NCBI GenBank assembly: GCA_963828195.1
Contig: CAWHDT010000001.1
Coordinates: 320,001 to 384,000, forward strand
DNA from: Candidatus Bathyarchaeota archaeon
Lineage (GTDB): Archaea; Thermoproteota; Bathyarchaeia; Bathyarchaeales; Bathycorpusculaceae
Direction: 5' to 3'
DNA length: 64,000 nucleotides
The position numbers and the translations under genes are program-made. Positions 58,835-64,000 of this stretch are shown one piece after another (within the stretch, counting starts at the first letter, position 1; each line of letters starts with the position of its first letter). The notes under the pieces were generated by a model. That model saw only the letters and a list, made by a program, of their open reading frames with translations. It was not told the DNA's origin and did not search any database.

Positions 58835-60445
58835 ATGAAACATAAAACTTTACTTTGCATACTTCTGGTTATTCTTATCGGCATTTCTGGTTTTTCCATG
58901 ACGTTTCATCTTATCAGCGCCGACGCCAGTACCACGCCTATACTTAGTGTTGTTCCAACTGGCGACCCTGGTGCCACTGTTAATTCAACCCAGATACCCG
59001 CTGTTGCTGTTGGTTCAACGTTTACTGTAGACATTCGCATAGACAATATTGGCAGTGTGACCCCGGGCATTAATGGCTTGAGTTACAACCTAACCTACAA
59101 CCCGTCGGTACTAAAGATTAGTGCTGACCACTCAAAACAGGCATCATTCTGGGGAGCAACAAGCTCTGACGTTGCATCAATAATCACTCAAATTCCTGGA
59201 ATATTAACCGAGAGTGCCCTCATTGTTCCCTCAGGTGCTCCCAATGAAGCTACAAACACGCCCGGGGTAGCAACACAAATAACCTTTACAGTCCTTGCAG
59301 CTGGTCAGAGCAATATTAGTTTTGCGCCAAGTGATGTTGGTGTTGCATACTTATGCTATCCAGACAGTGCAGGGAATAGTCATGATGTAGTGGCCAACAC
59401 CGTAGACGCCTTATATGGGTCGTCTGCAGGTTTAGTTTATGGTCCCACAGCTAACTTTACACCTGCTGACGGATCATCCTTTGCAGTGGGCTCAACAGTA
59501 AACTTAGATGCCAGTTCATCACAACCCGGCTTTGATGCACAAACATGCAACATAACAAACTACTCTTGGAGCGTCGAATATTTCAACGGAACAACATTCA
59601 CTTCGTTGACAGGAGAAACCGCAACATTCAAGGCTTCAGTTGACGGGATCTTTAGAATTATCCTAATAGTAACCGCGAACGATACCCAAGTCACTCACAA
59701 CCCAGAATATATAAGCACAAACAGCACAAGCGCCCTGATCAATGTCGTTTCCAGCCTTCAATCAGTTAACTTTGACGTGTTTACCAACCAAGGTGGAATT
59801 GGCCCTGGAGCAAGCGGTGGCCTATATGGGCCTCTTCAGCTTGTACAGATATATGCTTCCATGACAGACAGCAACGGGTTACCTATAACTGACCAAAATG
59901 TACTTTTCACAATACAAAATTCGAATAGCACGGTCATAGCAGTTATACAAGGAGTCACAAACGAAACAGGCTTAGCCTCCTGCAGCTTCAGACTTCCCAC
60001 CCCTGATCCTAATGCACCGCAAAACAACTTTGGAAAGTGGTCCATAACTGCGACGGCTAACGTTACGGGGACTCTGGTAAGTGATACCGCGAACTTCATT
60101 TTCAGCTATCAAAGCGGAATCGAAAACGTCACGATACCCACTAGCGTTCAAATATCAGAAACGCTGCCTATTCAGCTAACGATAAACAACCAGCAACTCT
60201 CTTCACAGTTGACGCAATTAAGCATCACTATATTTGATCAAGCAGGCATACCCATCGGGTCAACCACCATTGCTACAACTCAACAAACGCAAAATATCAC
60301 TGTCATAGACGCCGCTATCACCATCCCGCCGTGGGCATACACTGGACAAGCAACCGCTTACTTCTGCCTGCTAACAAACACAACAAACACACAATACATC
60401 CCGATAGCGCCAGAAACCTCAGTCACCTTCCAAATAATGCCTTAA
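58835..60445 (+). CDS. secreted cohesin + PKD-like + C-terminal Ig-like pair
   Basis: Cohesin type A; YGPLQLV; IPPWAYTGQAT. Confidence 0.83.
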   Translation: MKHKTLLCILLVILIGISGFSMTFHLISADASTTPILSVVPTGDPGATVNSTQIPAVAVGSTFTVDIRIDNIGSVTPGINGLSYNLTYNPSVLKISADHSKQASFWGATSSDVASIITQIPGILTESALIVPSGAPNEATNTPGVATQITFTVLAAGQSNISFAPSDVGVAYLCYPDSAGNSHDVVANTVDALYGSSAGLVYGPTANFTPADGSSFAVGSTVNLDASSSQPGFDAQTCNITNYSWSVEYFNGTTFTSLTGETATFKASVDGIFRIILIVTANDTQVTHNPEYISTNSTSALINVVSSLQSVNFDVFTNQGGIGPGASGGLYGPLQLVQIYASMTDSNGLPITDQNVLFTIQNSNSTVIAVIQGVTNETGLASCSFRLPTPDPNAPQNNFGKWSITATANVTGTLVSDTANFIFSYQSGIENVTIPTSVQISETLPIQLTINNQQLSSQLTQLSITIFDQAGIPIGSTTIATTQQTQNITVIDAAITIPPWAYTGQATAYFCLLTNTTNTQYIPIAPETSVTFQIMP

Positions 60446-60588
60446 AGAAATGGTCTAAGTCTGCCACCGATGTCCTATACGCCAAATTGCACCTAAATAG
60501 TTTGAATAAAAAATATTGTCCCTCTGTTTTCTATAGCGAAAAATATCAAATACCATCTCACTATTCTCAATACATCGGAGAACGTATT

Positions 60589-61728
60589 ATGAGAAAAAAA
60601 GTAATATCAATTATTTTTTTATTAATTCTTAGCCTATCAGCTCTTTCCATGGCAATTCATCTTATCAGCGCAGATTCCACCACACCAGTGTTAAGTGTTG
60701 TCCCTACGGGCGACCCAGGCGCTACTAGCACAACAGATATACCGGCCGTCGCAGTCGGTTCAACCTTCAGTGTGGATATCCGCGTCAACAATATCGGCAG
60801 CATTAGTCCAGGCATTAATGGCTTAAGCTATACTCTAACATACAATTCGGCGGTTCTTAACGTGACTTCTTATCACACTAAGCAAACGTCATTTTGGGGT
60901 TCTACAGCAGCAAGCGATCTTACATCAATCGTTGTTCAAAAGCCCGCTGGCACTTTTACTGAGTCCTCTATTATCGTTCCATCCGGTGCTCCTGATGAAT
61001 CTACAAATACTCCTGGTGTTGCAACGCAAATAACTTTCACGGTGCTTTCGACGGGCAGTAGCAACATTACTTTTTCGCCAAGTGATGTCGGTGTTGCCTA
61101 CTTAACTTATCCAGACAGCTTAGGAAATAGCCACGACGTAGTGACCACAACAGAAAACGCAATATACAATCTGCAAGCTTCACCTACTCCATCTCCAACT
61201 CCTATTCCTACATCCTCTCCAACGCCTACTCCTACCCCCTCTCAAACGCCGAACCCAGCTCTTACAACAACAACTACTGGTATCACTTTTTCACCTAATC
61301 CTGCTAACGCCAATACATCAATAACTTTTACGGCAACAGTAACCGGTTCCTCGCCATCAGGGACAATAACCTGGTTCACAAACAGCACTACAGGAACTTT
61401 TACTCCCAGTACTAATCAAACTTCATTAACCGCTGGCACTTCGTCAATAACATATCTTGATTTACAAAAAGGCAACATAACTGTAACGGCAAACTATAGC
61501 GGAGATTCAAACAATAATCCCAGCAGCAATACCATTAATGTAACCATATATCCAGTAGACGACTTCTTACACAACAACGAAGTAAACTTTAAAGACGTAG
61601 TATTTTTTGTTGTTGCTTACATAAACTACAACCAATATGGCATTTATAACCCTGCATGCGACTTGAACCACGACGGAAAAATAAACTTCAACGACCTGGT
61701 ACTCTTCGTTGAGGCATACTCAGCCTAA
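60589..61728 (+). CDS. adaptor: cohesin + linker + Ig-like + dockerin
   Basis: ATG 60589 gives signal peptide MRKKVISIIFLL; cohesin type A; dockerin DFLHNNEVNFKD...CDLNHDGKINFND. Confidence 0.85.
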   Translation: MRKKVISIIFLLILSLSALSMAIHLISADSTTPVLSVVPTGDPGATSTTDIPAVAVGSTFSVDIRVNNIGSISPGINGLSYTLTYNSAVLNVTSYHTKQTSFWGSTAASDLTSIVVQKPAGTFTESSIIVPSGAPDESTNTPGVATQITFTVLSTGSSNITFSPSDVGVAYLTYPDSLGNSHDVVTTTENAIYNLQASPTPSPTPIPTSSPTPTPTPSQTPNPALTTTTTGITFSPNPANANTSITFTATVTGSSPSGTITWFTNSTTGTFTPSTNQTSLTAGTSSITYLDLQKGNITVTANYSGDSNNNPSSNTINVTIYPVDDFLHNNEVNFKDVVFFVVAYINYNQYGIYNPACDLNHDGKINFNDLVLFVEAYSA

Positions 61729-61941
61729 GAATAAAACGTTAATGTAAAAGGAAAAAAAAAGAAATCAAACTTTTTTCCCCAAATTCTTTTTTTTAACAAC
61801 AATATAGTTTATTTTTGTTTAAAAAACAATATTATCTATTAAGACACAATTCATTCTAATGAACTTATCCAATAATCTATTGATAATATTTAGAAAAGCG
61901 CTAAATACCTTATTGACAGCCTCGCTTGGGAGAAGGTAAAC

Positions 61942-64000
61942 ATGAGAAGGCTGTCCAAAGTAAATGCCCTGTTAGCGCTTGCTATGACATTTATCATACT
62001 TTTTTCAAGCATTAACTTGGAAGGAGCATTAACCTTGACCCACAAAACGGTTTTGCCACCCCAAACAGCAAACATTATGACCTCTGTTGCTTCTTATACC
62101 TTCACGATAACTGGAGCCCCGTCTTCAGCGATTGCCGGTCAAAGCTTCAGCGGCATAACAGTAACCGTCTATAACTCCAATGACAAAGTTGCAACCGGCT
62201 TCAAAGGATGCGTTTATTTCACATCAACCGATCCTAAAGCAACCTTGCCATACACGGCTCAATGCGAATACACTTTTACAACTGGTAGCAAGGGCGATAA
62301 AGGGGTTCACACTTTTTCAGGTTTTAACCTAGTGACTGCTGGCTCCCAAACCATAACGGTAACCGACGTGTCAAGCTCCGCAACCACAGGAGCAATAACA
62401 GTAAACGATGCTTCTCCTGTCAGTATTGCAATTTCTCCGGGAACCGCAACAGTTACTGCAGGGTCAAAGCAAACATACACAGCGACAGCCGAAGACTCCT
62501 ACGGTAACCCATGGAACATAACATCATTAGCAACTTGGGGCATAAGCACTGGCGCCGGCGGTTTATGGTCAGGGAACGCCTATACTTCCGCTAAAAACGG
62601 AACTTGGACTGTTACCGGCAGCTACTCAAGTTTATACGCCTACGCGTCCCTGACCGTAAATCCTTCATCAGCCACAAGCATTACGCTGTCTCCTCAGTCG
62701 GCGACGATTGTTGCTGGTTCTTCGGAGGCTTTTACGGCTACTGCAAGCGATAACTATGGCAATACCTGGGTCGTATCTGGTTCAACGGGTTGGGGTATAA
62801 GCTCAGGTGCCGGGGGATTATGGACTAACAACGTATATTCTTCCCAGAAGGCAGGACTTTGGACGGTCACAGGCACTTTTGGAACTTTATCTGCCTCAGC
62901 CTCTTTAAACGTTACCCATGGTTCAGCTTTCAACATTACAGTATTTCCGCAATCAGCAACAATTGCTGCTGGTTCTCCGCAAGCTTTTACGGCTACCGCA
63001 AACGATAATTTCGGTAACACTTGGGATGTCACTAATTCAACAACTTGGAGTATAAGCTCTGGTGCTGGCGGTTCATTTTCCTCTGGTAACTACACTTCCG
63101 CCATTGTGGGAATTTGGAACGTAACAGGTACCTATAGCGGGCTATCTAACTCCGCAACCTTAACGGTTGGTTACTGTCTCACATTTAAAATCGCAATCAC
63201 CCCACAAACTTCGACTTTAACAGCTGGCGCTTCAGAAGCATTCACGGCAACTGCATCCGACATTTACGGCAACGTATGGGACGTAACCTCTTCAACCGAT
63301 TGGACCATTAGTGGCGGTGCCGGCGGCTTATGGTCGGGGAACACCTATACTTCATCAACATCTGGCACCTGGACCGTCACAGGTACGTATAAAGAAATTT
63401 CGGATTCAGCTACCCTGACGGTTAATAACGGTTCGCCGATCAAAATCGTCATCGGAACGGCAAATGGCTCAGTTACAGCCGGATCAAACGTAACCTTCAC
63501 GTGCACTGCAATAGATAGTTGCGGCAATGAATGGGATGTTTCTACTTTAACATCATGGAGTATAAACAGCTCTGCTCGCGGTACATGGTCTGCCAACATC
63601 TACACTTCAGCCACAGCCGGTACCTGGACAGTAACGGGCACGTTCGGAACACTATTCAATACATACTCATTAACAGTCATTCACTCATCGCCCGTCAGCA
63701 TCATACTCTCCCCTCAAACTTCAACTCTAACAGCCGGCTCTTCAGAAACTTTCACAGCTACTGCCAGCGATAACTACAGTAACAATTGGGACGTTTCTGG
63801 CGCCACTGTTTGGAATATATCTTCAGGCGCAAATGGTTTATGGTCTGGCGACGTTTACACTGCAGCTAAGGCGAATGCATGGATTGTGACCGGCATATTC
63901 GACGGGCTATCAGGCACATCGTCCTTAACGGTTACTCATGGGTCTGCGACTTCGATACTGGCAAGCCCAAAAACATCAACTATCACGGCGGGGACAACTC
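61942..64000 (+). CDS. large secreted Ig-like repeat protein, runs off the window (not in ORF track)
   Basis: MRRLSKVNALLALAMTFIILF signal; at least six 255-nt (85-aa) repeats like those of 27773-29431. Confidence 0.85.
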   Translation, partial: MRRLSKVNALLALAMTFIILFSSINLEGALTLTHKTVLPPQTANIMTSVASYTFTITGAPSSAIAGQSFSGITVTVYNSNDKVATGFKGCVYFTSTDPKATLPYTAQCEYTFTTGSKGDKGVHTFSGFNLVTAGSQTITVTDVSSSATTGAITVNDASPVSIAISPGTATVTAGSKQTYTATAEDSYGNPWNITSLATWGISTGAGGLWSGNAYTSAKNGTWTVTGSYSSLYAYASLTVNPSSATSITLSPQSATIVAGSSEAFTATASDNYGNTWVVSGSTGWGISSGAGGLWTNNVYSSQKAGLWTVTGTFGTLSASASLNVTHGSAFNITVFPQSATIAAGSPQAFTATANDNFGNTWDVTNSTTWSISSGAGGSFSSGNYTSAIVGIWNVTGTYSGLSNSATLTVGYCLTFKIAITPQTSTLTAGASEAFTATASDIYGNVWDVTSSTDWTISGGAGGLWSGNTYTSSTSGTWTVTGTYKEISDSATLTVNNGSPIKIVIGTANGSVTAGSNVTFTCTAIDSCGNEWDVSTLTSWSINSSARGTWSANIYTSATAGTWTVTGTFGTLFNTYSLTVIHSSPVSIILSPQTSTLTAGSSETFTATASDNYSNNWDVSGATVWNISSGANGLWSGDVYTAAKANAWIVTGIFDGLSGTSSLTVTHGSATSILASPKTSTITAGTT

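Noticed and set aside
60331-60588. N-terminal extension of track ORF 60331
   Set aside because: Overlaps the previous gene and the promoter motif; the signal peptide begins at 60589
25247-64000. True cellulosome for polysaccharide degradation
   Set aside because: No recognisable GH, CE or CBM catalytic cargo; the beta-helix in 29788 shows no lyase motif I can identify
9283-64000. Genomic island or provirus integrated at tRNA-Gly
   Set aside because: No integrase, transposase, viral gene or repeated tRNA 3' end seen
62400-64000. CRISPR array or non-coding tandem repeat
   Set aside because: Repeats are degenerate, 255 nt and in-frame coding; the same holds for the TPR repeats at 39030-39704 and the P/T linkers

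Overview
Archaeal chromosomal window; the gene content (Ftr homologue, PEF-CTERM proteins, BHB-intron tRNA, many cohesin/dockerin proteins) is most consistent with Bathyarchaeia (inference). (1) 1-8.7 kb: purine cluster (purD; purM-purS-purL-purQ) with no purN/purT. A translationally coupled HAD phosphatase / Ftr-like formyltransferase / PfkB kinase trio (EhaR/S/T-like) lies between the two parts. (2) 9-12.5 kb: tRNA-Gly(CCC) with a non-canonical 29/30 intron, plus small accessory genes. (3) 12.5-24 kb: polyphosphate cluster (ppk1, ppk2, ppx, CYTH, two CHAD-metallophosphoesterase-HD fusions, a protein with a histone-H1-like tail). (4) 25-64 kb: a locus of about 39 kb encoding secreted cohesin- and dockerin-bearing proteins (8 dockerin proteins; 12 cohesin domains in 10 proteins; 4 membrane/PEF-CTERM-anchored cohesins; 2 cohesin+dockerin adaptors). 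It has no recognisable glycoside hydrolase. Two dockerins are fused to PstS phosphate-binding domains, and the locus encloses pstC-pstA without pstB. The main hypothesis is a cellulosome-like, non-cellulolytic surface assembly used for phosphate capture, linked to polyP storage and sharing a CTAWWTAG upstream motif. All domain calls were made by eye from motifs; no database search was run.
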